Made by a program: the position numbers and the translations under genes. DNA of 64,000 nt from positions 1 through 64,000 of IMG/VR virus record IMGVR_UViG_3300018080_000149. One strand, written 5' to 3'. Below, in pieces: positions 38,774 to 48,299 of this stretch (positions are counted from its first letter, which is position 1; each line of letters opens with the position of its first letter). Source of the stretch: a virus. The notes under the pieces were generated by a model. The model was not told where the DNA came from, did no database searches, and saw nothing but the letters and a program-made list of their open reading frames with translations.

Positions 38774-39694
38774 CTACTCCATCTTGACCCCTAACCCGCT
38801 CAACGGGTCATAGGTCACACGAGCTTTCTGCCCATACGGTATGATCGTATTTAGATCACCTAGATGCCCAAAGTCGACACCGCTTACCATCTGAAGGTCT
38901 GGGAACACAGCTTTGTAGTCATACAGTACATCAGACGCAAATGGTACGGAGCCGACAGCGAGGATACCATCGCTAATTGCCAGAGCCTCAACAACCTCAG
39001 TAAGAGCCGTAAGGTCCTCATACAGTGCGAGAGTACCGACAGCGTTGTTTGGATACGCGTCGTCAAACATAAGTACGCTGGGGTCTCTTTGGAGACGATC
39101 AACTAGCGCCTGTTTGACTCTGCGACTTGTTTGACGTAATGTACCTGGACAAACCGGGACAAGTTTGTACGTCTTAGGCTGTGGACGACCAAATCCGTTG
39201 ACAATCTCTGCGGAATGGAAAGTTACGTTAGAGTTGGGAACAGTAGCCTGAGTCAACAAGCCATACATGTCTCTCAACCCCTCAGCGTCCATTGCGCCAA
39301 AGTCTACAACGTTTGGCCCATGGTAACAGTTTCTATAGCCCCACAGCCAAGCCATAAGTGGGTACACGGATGCGTCGGAGAAACCCATCACCATTGGGTG
39401 GTCTAGTCTGCCGCCTCTTGTAATGAGCGTATCTCCACTGAAGTACCTTGTAGTTCTGGCAGCGCCCGTACCGCCATCAGCGAAGAGGATAACATCGTCC
39501 CCGTCACTTCGTTTGAGGATACTAAGGAACATACTGAAGAGTTCGTGCGGTCGGCCATCAAGCCAACGATGTTGGCTATCCACCTGGGAAACCTCCACAG
39601 GCTCCCCCTCTTCACACGAAAGCTGCACCGCCCTTAGCCCTCTACGGAACTTCCCAACATCAGGTCGTATGCTACCTGATATGATGTAGATCAT
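38774..39694 (-). CDS. S66 family peptidase (LD-carboxypeptidase/MccF-like)
   Basis: DGGTGA, MGFSD (catalytic Ser), YHGP, DFGH...IPYG motifs. Confidence 0.8.
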   Translation of the reverse strand: MIYIISGSIRPDVGKFRRGLRAVQLSCEEGEPVEVSQVDSQHRWLDGRPHELFSMFLSILKRSDGDDVILFADGGTGAARTTRYFSGDTLITRGGRLDHPMVMGFSDASVYPLMAWLWGYRNCYHGPNVVDFGAMDAEGLRDMYGLLTQATVPNSNVTFHSAEIVNGFGRPQPKTYKLVPVCPGTLRQTSRRVKQALVDRLQRDPSVLMFDDAYPNNAVGTLALYEDLTALTEVVEALAISDGILAVGSVPFASDVLYDYKAVFPDLQMVSGVDFGHLGDLNTIIPYGQKARVTYDPLSGLGVKME

Positions 39695-39714
39695 TCGGCC
39701 CCTCCCTGATTACC

Positions 39715-40932
39715 CTAGTTCATTATCACGGCTGGTTTCTTGCGTTTCTTACGATCTACCTTTGACTTGGACTGTTCCTTGTCCCGCTTCTCTTGTAGCT
39801 TCGCCAGTCGGCCCTCAGCGCTTTGCGCTTTCTTTTCCGCCGACTTCGCCCGCTTCTTAGCGGCTTCATGTCTAGCTTTGTGTTTCTTCGCGACAGAATT
39901 ATGCTTATCTGTCAGCGTGGCGTAGCGTTCCCGCTTCGCCTTGGCGCGTTCATGAGCCACCTCGTACCCTTTGGCTTTCGCCTTACCCTCAACGGTAGAA
40001 ACGTCCTGGGTCATCTGACCGCCACGCTCCATCTCAGCGCCAGCCGCCAAACTGCCTGTGGCCATTTGACCCATACTAGCAGCGGCTCGCTCCGTACCGG
40101 ATGTGACGTGTCGTAGACCAACCAGCAGAACAGAAGTGGCCTTGAAGCCGTGAGCTACGAGCCCGTTGACTCGGAACCGCCTACCGTCCTTGTGGCGCTC
40201 TACCTCGTGCCCTTCGACCGTTCCCTTAGTCCCCGGTTTCAACTTACGAAGACCACCAACGATCTTGTTGAGCGTCTTTTTATACGCCTCACTGGCTTTG
40301 ACTTGCTGTACCTTCTCTTTGACCTTTTCAACCCCAGCCTTGATGTCCTTCTCAGCATCGCCGACAGTGTACTTGGTTGTACGCTTGATGCCTTCTTTGA
40401 CCCTCTCGCCAAGGGGCTTTTTCTGTTCTTCTTTTTCCTTGCGACCAACAAGACGCTCCTGGTAGAATGTCTTACCGCCGCGTGTGACCTTGACCTTTTC
40501 ACGGTGCTTACCCAATTGTTGAGTGGCCATAGTAGCCCCATCAGGACCCTTCACAAATACATGAGCTTTACGACCAGTAATGAGCAAGTCAGACCGCGAA
40601 AGCTGTTCACCCTTCCTCACTACTTTCTCCGTTGACCATGTACACAAACAGTTAGGGTGCGGAAGTGGATACCGCCAACCGATAACTGTTTTGAGTCTCT
40701 GACGACGACCATCATGTTTTTGACACAGTGGGCAACAATTAGGATTGGCGTGAAACACAGCGTGAGTGTGGCCCAGTAAAGCCCCGTTATACAGGATACT
40801 ACGAATGATCGGATTGCGATCACGTATCACCGAAGGAGCCCAGTCTTTAGGGTCTTTTGTTTTCCCTATGCCGGGACGCCAGCCCTTCGGCCACTTGTGT
40901 TTGAAGGGCTTTCGCGAACGCTTTTTAGGCAT
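39715..40932 (-). CDS. basic protein with minor-head (SPP1 gp7/Mu gpF-like) Cys-His motif
   Basis: CCPLC...PLPHPNCLC motif followed by a Lys-rich region. Confidence 0.6.
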   Translation of the reverse strand: MPKKRSRKPFKHKWPKGWRPGIGKTKDPKDWAPSVIRDRNPIIRSILYNGALLGHTHAVFHANPNCCPLCQKHDGRRQRLKTVIGWRYPLPHPNCLCTWSTEKVVRKGEQLSRSDLLITGRKAHVFVKGPDGATMATQQLGKHREKVKVTRGGKTFYQERLVGRKEKEEQKKPLGERVKEGIKRTTKYTVGDAEKDIKAGVEKVKEKVQQVKASEAYKKTLNKIVGGLRKLKPGTKGTVEGHEVERHKDGRRFRVNGLVAHGFKATSVLLVGLRHVTSGTERAAASMGQMATGSLAAGAEMERGGQMTQDVSTVEGKAKAKGYEVAHERAKAKRERYATLTDKHNSVAKKHKARHEAAKKRAKSAEKKAQSAEGRLAKLQEKRDKEQSKSKVDRKKRKKPAVIMN

Positions 40933-41023
40933 CCCCGTTACATCCTTTCCTATCCCTGAGGAACCCCCTCACGAAAGAAATATCATATTTTTGCGATATT
41001 TCTTGTGGGTGATCTGACGAAGA

Positions 41024-41728
41024 TCACTTTTTCAGGGCGCGTTCCCGGAGTTGACACTCGAAACAGACCCCACACGGGGGCCAGAGGTCGCAACTATTTG
41101 TGGCTTCTATGTCCACCCCTAGCTCTCTGGCTAGGCCCATGACCTCTTCCTTGTAGAGAGTTGCCAGTGGAGGAAGGTCGAACAATGGGGCGTTTGGCCC
41201 CCACAGAACATCCCTCATCTCATTGAGCACGTTTAGGAACGATATTGACGTGTCCATCAGATCAGACGTCACACGTTCCAAAAGATCTTTTGGTTGCTTA
41301 TGGTGTCCTGTCCAAATCAGGTCGTAAAGCTCTGACGCGCCAAGGGCTCCCACAAGATTCCAGATCATCATATAAAGCCCAGGCACATACAGTTCCAGAA
41401 ACCTGTCGTCGCTGATACACATATCAGCCACGCCCTGCTTACGGCGCTTTACCTCCGCCTCATACAGAGCTTTATTGAACAGGTAGTATCTATCCCGTAT
41501 CTGCGAAGGTACTTCAGCCCGGAGGGCGAAGAACTCACAACCAAGGTTCGTCTTCAGGTGACGAACCACCACCTCTGCCTTGTGAGCGTGTACCGTACCA
41601 GTGTCGACATAGACCAAGCCGACGTTGTCATGGCCGTAGTCCCTTACGGCCAGGTGAGCGGCTACTGCTGAGTCTAGGCCGCCACTGACCGTCACGAGGA
41701 CCCTAATCCGGCCCTTCTGTTTCGTCAT
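41024..41728 (-). CDS. divergent QueC-like PP-loop ATPase
   Basis: SGGLDS, PL..LYKEEV, TNSC....CGVCFEC; lacks VPxRN and YPDC. Confidence 0.8.
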   Translation of the reverse strand: MTKQKGRIRVLVTVSGGLDSAVAAHLAVRDYGHDNVGLVYVDTGTVHAHKAEVVVRHLKTNLGCEFFALRAEVPSQIRDRYYLFNKALYEAEVKRRKQGVADMCISDDRFLELYVPGLYMMIWNLVGALGASELYDLIWTGHHKQPKDLLERVTSDLMDTSISFLNVLNEMRDVLWGPNAPLFDLPPLATLYKEEVMGLARELGVDIEATNSCDLWPPCGVCFECQLRERALKK

Positions 41729-42408
41729 AGGTCAAGACCCTTTCTCTGCATACAGGAGCCACACTTACCACACGGTGACAGTTGGTCACGACCCATGGTG
41801 TCCTTCGTCACCGTAGGAAAGAAGCAACCCCATGTGTGTTCCAGCGGGACACCTAGCTCTTTGGCCTCCGCTACGATCTCATCCTTCAGATGTTTGATGA
41901 GCGGTGCCCTAAACTTCGGCTTGACAGCGTCACGGGCCAGTCCAGTATTCTCCCACTCGAACAGGGTTGAAACTATTGCAACCCAGTGAGGTGTACAGTC
42001 TGGATACGGTAGCTCCCCATCCTCATGTACAGAGGAGTTGATGCCGATGACAACAATCTCCGCCCCGAGAGAAACGGCCTGACCATACGCCGTCATGGCG
42101 AACAGTGTGTTGCGCCCAGGAACCAGGAGCGGTGTCATACCCTCGGCGTACTCCACAGCGTCACCACCGCATACGTAGTGGCTACCAGCGTTATGCTGGA
42201 CTGTGACACGCCCACAGTAATGACCAGGAAAGTCCAGACGCTTCACGGCGTGTGTCAGATTGTGAATGGCCTGCAAGTCGCCCATAAGGCTCTGCTGGCC
42301 GTAGTCGAAGTACAGCGCGTGTACGTCGTATCCATCTCTCAGGCACCGATACAGACAGACTGTGGAGTCGATCCCACCGCTCCATAGTACGATTGCTTTC
42401 TTAGCCAT
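41725..42408 (-). CDS. queC: 7-cyano-7-deazaguanine synthase
   Basis: SGGIDS, FDYGQ, VPGRN, YPDC, TWGC...CGKCGSC. Confidence 0.92.
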   Translation of the reverse strand: MAKKAIVLWSGGIDSTVCLYRCLRDGYDVHALYFDYGQQSLMGDLQAIHNLTHAVKRLDFPGHYCGRVTVQHNAGSHYVCGGDAVEYAEGMTPLLVPGRNTLFAMTAYGQAVSLGAEIVVIGINSSVHEDGELPYPDCTPHWVAIVSTLFEWENTGLARDAVKPKFRAPLIKHLKDEIVAEAKELGVPLEHTWGCFFPTVTKDTMGRDQLSPCGKCGSCMQRKGLDL

Positions 42409-43237
42409 GGGTCTCCTCCTCGAATCCAGGCTCGGCGTACACACAGACCTCGCCGCTAGGTGATGTAAGCGTCAGGTGAGATTCTGCCTGACCTATGATG
42501 TAATCGTTGGTCAAGGGAATCTTCCCGAGGCGGGTGTACGCTATGTATCTGGGTATTGCGTATCCAGAGACGGTGTGGTGTAGGTCTCGTATGATGAGAC
42601 GCCCTGTGTAGCTGTGAACCCTTAGATGCGCGAGACTAGGCTGTGGGTCACACTGGTATAGGTAGTAGGGTCGAACCCCACACTCGATCAGCGCCCCCAC
42701 GAGATCCCTCTGTGCTTGTGGTGTATCGTTGATCCCTTTGAGTAGGACGGACTGGTTCAGGACACTGACGCCAAACTGACGTAGACGATGGAGTGCTCGT
42801 TTGACAGGCCGTGATAGCTCGTTGGCGTGGTTGACGTGAACCGCCAGCCACGTACCATGTAGAGCCATACACAGCGCATCATCGAACAGGTCCGGTCGTA
42901 CTACTGGCGCTCTTGATCCGATTCGGATCACCCCCACCCCCATCAGCCTTAGTCTGGCTATGATGCGAAGTAGGTTGTCGACCGAGGTAAAGGGGTCGCC
43001 CCCGGTTAGCAGTACCTCACGAACGTCACTCTTCTCGATGTAAAAGAGTGCCTTATCTAAGTCAGCCCAGGTTGGGCCGTCACCCTGAACCACGTCGCCT
43101 CGACAGCAATGTTCACAGTATGTAAAACACCGTGTTGTTACCATCAAGGCGACGCGGTCAGGGTAACGGTGGATCAACCATGGAACAGGCATCAGTTCCT
43201 TGTCACCAGCGTAGTCCAACCATCGCGGCCCGGACAT
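42401..43237 (-). CDS. kamA: KamA/EpmB-family radical SAM aminomutase (N-terminally short)
   Basis: HRYPDR, CFTYCEHC, LTGGDP, RIGSR, HVNHANE, NQSVLLKGIND, PYYLYQCD, GKIP (PLP lysine). Confidence 0.9.
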   Translation of the reverse strand: MSGPRWLDYAGDKELMPVPWLIHRYPDRVALMVTTRCFTYCEHCCRGDVVQGDGPTWADLDKALFYIEKSDVREVLLTGGDPFTSVDNLLRIIARLRLMGVGVIRIGSRAPVVRPDLFDDALCMALHGTWLAVHVNHANELSRPVKRALHRLRQFGVSVLNQSVLLKGINDTPQAQRDLVGALIECGVRPYYLYQCDPQPSLAHLRVHSYTGRLIIRDLHHTVSGYAIPRYIAYTRLGKIPLTNDYIIGQAESHLTLTSPSGEVCVYAEPGFEEETHG

Positions 43238-43238
43238 A

Positions 43239-43514
43239 TTACCTCAACATGTCCGTGAGTAGGAAGGACACGCCACGCAACGACATGACGTCCATCCCAG
43301 TGACGTCCGCGATGATCTGAGCGAGATCAACTTCCTTGGTTGGGTCCACTTTGCGAACTTTCGCCTTGACAGCGTCCTTCTGTTCAGCGGTCAAGACGAT
43401 CTTTGAGACGTCGATGTTTTCAGAGATGCTAGCTCCATCGCTAGAGTCAGCGATCTCCACCTTTCGCCCGCTACGCTCGATATCATCGAGCTTCTTACCG
43501 ACATCATCACTCAT
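43239..43514 (-). CDS. hypothetical protein
   Basis: 91-aa ORF with GGAG SD. Confidence 0.6.
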   Translation of the reverse strand: MSDDVGKKLDDIERSGRKVEIADSSDGASISENIDVSKIVLTAEQKDAVKAKVRKVDPTKEVDLAQIIADVTGMDVMSLRGVSFLLTDMLR

Positions 43515-43523
43515 TGCGGTCTC

Positions 43524-46487
43524 CTAGTTCCCTTTCTTCGCGGCCTTCCGTTGAGACGGAGTCATCCCGAAGGCTTCGAGATGGACGGCGGCGCAGAAAG
43601 CGTTGGGGTCTGACGCAAAGTCCCTAGCCTTCTTGAGACAGAACGTGTACGGGTGGTCCCCGCCCTCGCGCTTCATCTTGGCTGCCCAAGCCTGGATAGC
43701 CTTGGACGGATGGGCCTTGAGGAAGTCTACAAGGTCGAGTGACTCACCGATGATCGGAATCGGATCACTGCCCTTCATCATCTTCTTGAGACGGGCGGCG
43801 AGCTTCTTGGGGTCTTCACCACGCTCAAAAGCTGCCTTCAACTCCTTGGGACCGAACTTCCCTCGGAGCTTTGTCATGGCCCCGCCAAGGGCCATACCGA
43901 GAGCCTGGCCAACTGCAAAGGAGAAGTTGTTACGGGCGATCCTGTACTCGTCAGAGTTGGGGTCCATCTTCCCAGCCTTAGACGCCCCAGCGGACGCACG
44001 AGACTTGGGAACCGGCGAAGTCTTCTTGGGGCGTACCTTGATACCAGCCTTCTTTGGGGTCTTCCCTTGCGGTGTGGGTCCAGCCTTCGGCTCTTTCTTC
44101 GGCTTGGGGGGCTTCCCCGGCTTGGACTTGACAGTGACGCCTTTGCCCTTGGGGACCGCAGATTCAGGCGTAGCCAACGGATCGTGCTTCGGAGTCTTTC
44201 GTCGAGACTTGACGGGAGTCGAGCTGAGAGTTTTTTCAGCACCCTTGGGCTTCTTCTCCGAGGACTTGCGCTTGACACCCCTGATCTTTGCAAACGGATT
44301 ACCACGCTTCATAGCCTGGTCAATCGGCTCGCGTCGCGTGACACCGCCCATTTTCCGCCGCACCTTGAGGTCGCTATGGTGGAATGGGCCTTTGACCTTG
44401 CCGTCTTTGTGGGACCTGACCTTGACACCATCAGGGCCGACTTCGACGACATCAGCGTAGTTGCCCGACTTCAACTGGACAACAACCCCAACCTTGATAC
44501 CTGACGCCTCCGCTGAAGCCATACGAGCGGCATCTTCAGTCTTCTTTTTCTCGTCCAAACTACCAGCGCCGCCATAGCCCTGAGACTTCAGCTTCTCGAT
44601 GTATCGTTGTGCCCCAGCCGCCGTGGAGAAATCCTTGGACAACCCCGGACGCTGGACGACATACTCTTTGTTGTACTGCGTAGGCTTACCACGCTTTACG
44701 TGAATCGAACCGCCGATAGAGAAGCCCTCACCTGTCTTGAGGTCTTTGACAGGCTTCTCACTGCCACCAAGGGAACTCCTCGTGATCGGGTTCTCTGGAT
44801 CGTCAGGGCCAACCTGCTTGACGTAGACCGTCTGACGACGCCCACGCTTGTTGGTGATAGTCTTCTTAGTCAGCTTGGTAACGTCTTTACGACCAGCCTT
44901 GTGAAAGTCGATGAACTCAGCTTTGGAGTAGCTCTTACTACCAGACATAGCACAGTTGTCGATGACGGTGTACACCTTCTTGGCGAGTGGAGTACACACG
45001 TCACAGGTGTGCATGACCTCGCCACCCTTCAGCGTGAGCTTCGTCGTGGCGGGCTTCTTACAGCCCTTGTACTCGCAGGTCATGTCACCCTTGATCAGAT
45101 TCAGATCAGTGTCGGACTTTGGAAAGTAGCCGCCACCGCCATAGTCGCGCCGTGCCCTGGAGCGTTCCGCCCGCCCAACATCGGAAGCGAGCTTGGCTTC
45201 ATTTGATGACTTCCCGCCACCTCGACGGCCACCACCGTAATGCCGCTTCACACCCTCGCGCTCGCGCTGAGCCGCCCCGGCGAGAGATTTGGCCTCGGCG
45301 GCCTCATCGGCTGTACGTGTCGTGTGGTAGTTTTGCAACTTTCGGAAAAAGTCCCCTGACGAGAGACCACTAGACTTACCATACTTCTCGTACAGTTTGT
45401 CCGCTGCGGCCTTCATCTGTGAGACACTGGCGTCATCATCCCAGAGCTTTTCCGCTACTGATTTCACAGCGGACGCTACAGTAGATCCCCCCTTGGGCTT
45501 CTGCTCAGACTTTGAGGGGCGAACCCACTTGGTCTGTCGTCGACCACGCTTGTCCGTGATGACCTTGCGAACGAGACCCTCACGGGCTTTGAAGACGTCA
45601 TAGCCTCCGGCCCACGCTTCCTCAGAGAACTCGTCAAGGAGGTCGACGTTCTCATCCTTGAGCATCGCTTCGGCCCAAGCCTCGGCGTTGGTGTGAATGT
45701 CGTAGACGATCCGCTGAGCGATGTCTTGACGGAATCGCTCCTCACGAATGAGGGGCATCTGAGCCTTGAACATCTCAGCGCCACACGGGGGACAGATGTC
45801 TGTAACTTGAGCCCGAGAGAGGAACCCCTTGGGGACCACGCCATGCGAACGGAACAGCTCCAGGTCCTCACGGGACCTCGGTACGAAGTCAGCGATGTTC
45901 GGCTTAGGCGCGAATGCCTTGACCAGGTCCTCACGGACCTCGTCGGCCAGAGCGACGACCTGTTCTGAATAGGTCATGGACTTGGCGTTTTCGTTCTTGT
46001 GCCCGATGTCGATAGTGACAGAGCCCCTTGGCGTAGCCGACTCATCATCAGACTTCACGGGCTCGGGCTCCTTGTATTTGCGGTCTTGGTATTGTTCCGC
46101 CGAGCGCTTCCCGGCTTTACAGAGTTCGATCTCTTGCTCAATGGCGTCGTCGACAGCCTCACGACAGGCTGACTTGGTGACCACGTCCTTCGCGGCTTTG
46201 AGCCATTTGTTTATGCCCATAGCGGCTGTGAGCTTGTCACAGATGGACTGACCAGCGATCTTGGAAACCTTGTCCTTGAACTCTTGCGAGGCTTTCTCCC
46301 AGAACGTGTCGCCATTCTCGCGAACCTTGGCCCAGTCGATACCTTTATCGTGGCTTGCGTATCTCTTCCACTCGTATGAATGATGAATCGTGTCTCTAGC
46401 CGAATCGCGAATAATCGCCTTGGCGTAGGACTCTGCATCATCTTTACCCATAGCGGGAGAGTCCTTGTCAGTGGACGGAACGTACAT
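43524..46487 (-). CDS. 987-aa Lys-rich probable internal head polyprotein
   Basis: Repeated hydrophobic-x-K-[A/S/G] sites; duplicated IT[D/N]KRGRRQT motif; follows the portal. Confidence 0.65.
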   Translation of the reverse strand: MYVPSTDKDSPAMGKDDAESYAKAIIRDSARDTIHHSYEWKRYASHDKGIDWAKVRENGDTFWEKASQEFKDKVSKIAGQSICDKLTAAMGINKWLKAAKDVVTKSACREAVDDAIEQEIELCKAGKRSAEQYQDRKYKEPEPVKSDDESATPRGSVTIDIGHKNENAKSMTYSEQVVALADEVREDLVKAFAPKPNIADFVPRSREDLELFRSHGVVPKGFLSRAQVTDICPPCGAEMFKAQMPLIREERFRQDIAQRIVYDIHTNAEAWAEAMLKDENVDLLDEFSEEAWAGGYDVFKAREGLVRKVITDKRGRRQTKWVRPSKSEQKPKGGSTVASAVKSVAEKLWDDDASVSQMKAAADKLYEKYGKSSGLSSGDFFRKLQNYHTTRTADEAAEAKSLAGAAQREREGVKRHYGGGRRGGGKSSNEAKLASDVGRAERSRARRDYGGGGYFPKSDTDLNLIKGDMTCEYKGCKKPATTKLTLKGGEVMHTCDVCTPLAKKVYTVIDNCAMSGSKSYSKAEFIDFHKAGRKDVTKLTKKTITNKRGRRQTVYVKQVGPDDPENPITRSSLGGSEKPVKDLKTGEGFSIGGSIHVKRGKPTQYNKEYVVQRPGLSKDFSTAAGAQRYIEKLKSQGYGGAGSLDEKKKTEDAARMASAEASGIKVGVVVQLKSGNYADVVEVGPDGVKVRSHKDGKVKGPFHHSDLKVRRKMGGVTRREPIDQAMKRGNPFAKIRGVKRKSSEKKPKGAEKTLSSTPVKSRRKTPKHDPLATPESAVPKGKGVTVKSKPGKPPKPKKEPKAGPTPQGKTPKKAGIKVRPKKTSPVPKSRASAGASKAGKMDPNSDEYRIARNNFSFAVGQALGMALGGAMTKLRGKFGPKELKAAFERGEDPKKLAARLKKMMKGSDPIPIIGESLDLVDFLKAHPSKAIQAWAAKMKREGGDHPYTFCLKKARDFASDPNAFCAAVHLEAFGMTPSQRKAAKKGN

Positions 46488-46722
46488 CAGGGTATGCCCT
46501 CCCAGCGCTTGTGGCGCTGATATGAATTAGATCACCTCTGAAGTTTAGGAGGCACTTTCTCCAGGTCCTTCACGAAGTCTTGAATAGTGTCGTAACGAGT
46601 ACCCAGCGCTTCAAGCAACTGGATAGCTACGAGGTGACTGGTAGTAAGCTCACCGCCCGTCTGAGCCGCCTCCGCCACCTCGCGTCGAACAGCCATCAAA
46701 AGATGAGCAAGCTTCGACTGGA

Positions 46723-48288
46723 CTACCAGAGATCTCCCTCCTCTGGCTCGTCCATGTCCCACTGCTCGCCCTTCGAGGCCGGTGTCGTCGAGGATTCCCA
46801 CTCTTCGCCTCCTCCAGCGTCACCACCTTGTTGTGCGGCCTCTCCCTCGCCCTCTTCGCCCTGTTGGGCCATCATCTGGTCAGCCTGTTTGGCTTGCATC
46901 CAGATAGCGTCTCGAATGACATCACCGTCGTCCCGAGTGTCCAATCCATGCGACACCCGGATCTCGTTGATCGTCATGTATACCCTGGACTTTTTGTCGT
47001 CCTGGTCAAGCCTCTCAGAATCCGACTGCCGGTCAAACCCAATGAAAGAAAACTCAAAGTCTTCTGTCTGGTCAAGAAGGGGCATCAACTCTTCGTTGAG
47101 ACAGTCCTCCAAGAAAGCCAACAGCGTCCTGAGTCCCTTGTCTCTTGAAGCAGTCAAACGTGTGGCTTCGGGTGAGGATTGAATCATCGCTGGTGACGCC
47201 CCAGCTATACCGCCTGAGCGGTTCGGAAAGTTCACCTCTGCCGGGTCCATCCCATACAGAGCCGTCACTGTGTTGACTAGGTAGTCAAGAAAGTTCCCAA
47301 ATTCGATGTCCGTCGCTTGTGGAAAGTGGATGAATTGCATCTGTCCACCGCGAGGGATTGGTAGAAGGGGGATACGGTGTTTCCCCCTGTACGTTGCAAC
47401 CTGTGTCTTATACTTGTTTTCCAAGACCTGGAGCTGAGCCTCTGACATGTCAGCGCCCGTCAGCGCCATGAGCCCCTTCGGCATTGAGCCGGGGTGGAAC
47501 TGACGGCTATTTGTCTCGTCAATCCCCAGATGAGCCATCACCTTCTTCAGCGCAATTTCTGTCTCGGCGAGAGAATACCCTGAGTAAGCCAGCTCAGTCG
47601 TTACATTCTCTGGGCAGAACATAAGTTCCTTGTCGGAGAACGTGGCGACAGCCTGATTATTGTAGAGCTGTACGTATGCCTGATCTGGTGTCTTACGCTT
47701 GGTCGGGTCGACGATTCTGATCGAAGCCCCGTCAATAGCGTAAAACTGGATTGGGTCGCCCTTCCTGTCAAGCTGAATCTCAGCGCACGCTTGATCAATG
47801 GTGAGCCTGTCCTTCGTAAACCTCCACAGGAACGTGGCGAAGGATCGCTCAATACGCTGATCCTGTGGCACGTCTTCACGACAACAGCGAGCTAGGAAAC
47901 CATTGATCTCGTCTTCGCGCTTCTCTACCGCTGGCGTCCTATCACCAGCAGCGGCTTTCAACCTAACCCGGAAGCCTGTGGCGTTTGTCTTTTCAGCCTC
48001 GTCATGGGTGCGGATTCGCGAGAAAGCTTTGACCTGTCGAAGACGGGTCAAGATAATCATCGCTAGTACAGTGTCGCGCTTACAGAGGTATCGCAGGACA
48101 TTGTAGTTCACTACCTGGGGTTTCTCTTTATGAGCGATCCCAGCGATGGCCCACACATCGGGGTCCACCACAAGTGCTACTCCTGGCCCTCGCGCTTCGT
48201 CGTACTTAGCCGCTCCCATCTTGGTAGCTTTTTGGATATCCATGGTGGTGTCTTGCACCCATCCAACGATATCCGTAATCAGCCCCAT
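46723..48288 (-). CDS. portal protein
   Basis: Follows terminase; YAIDGASI, GYSLAE, LYGMDPAE, SRDKGL, MTINEIR. Confidence 0.92.
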   Translation of the reverse strand: MGLITDIVGWVQDTTMDIQKATKMGAAKYDEARGPGVALVVDPDVWAIAGIAHKEKPQVVNYNVLRYLCKRDTVLAMIILTRLRQVKAFSRIRTHDEAEKTNATGFRVRLKAAAGDRTPAVEKREDEINGFLARCCREDVPQDQRIERSFATFLWRFTKDRLTIDQACAEIQLDRKGDPIQFYAIDGASIRIVDPTKRKTPDQAYVQLYNNQAVATFSDKELMFCPENVTTELAYSGYSLAETEIALKKVMAHLGIDETNSRQFHPGSMPKGLMALTGADMSEAQLQVLENKYKTQVATYRGKHRIPLLPIPRGGQMQFIHFPQATDIEFGNFLDYLVNTVTALYGMDPAEVNFPNRSGGIAGASPAMIQSSPEATRLTASRDKGLRTLLAFLEDCLNEELMPLLDQTEDFEFSFIGFDRQSDSERLDQDDKKSRVYMTINEIRVSHGLDTRDDGDVIRDAIWMQAKQADQMMAQQGEEGEGEAAQQGGDAGGGEEWESSTTPASKGEQWDMDEPEEGDLW

Positions 48289-48299
48289 TGAACTACCTC

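Noticed and set aside
40975-41004. 10-bp AT-rich inverted repeat as a terminator
   Set aside because: Weak stem and no U-tract; could be an operator but unsupported
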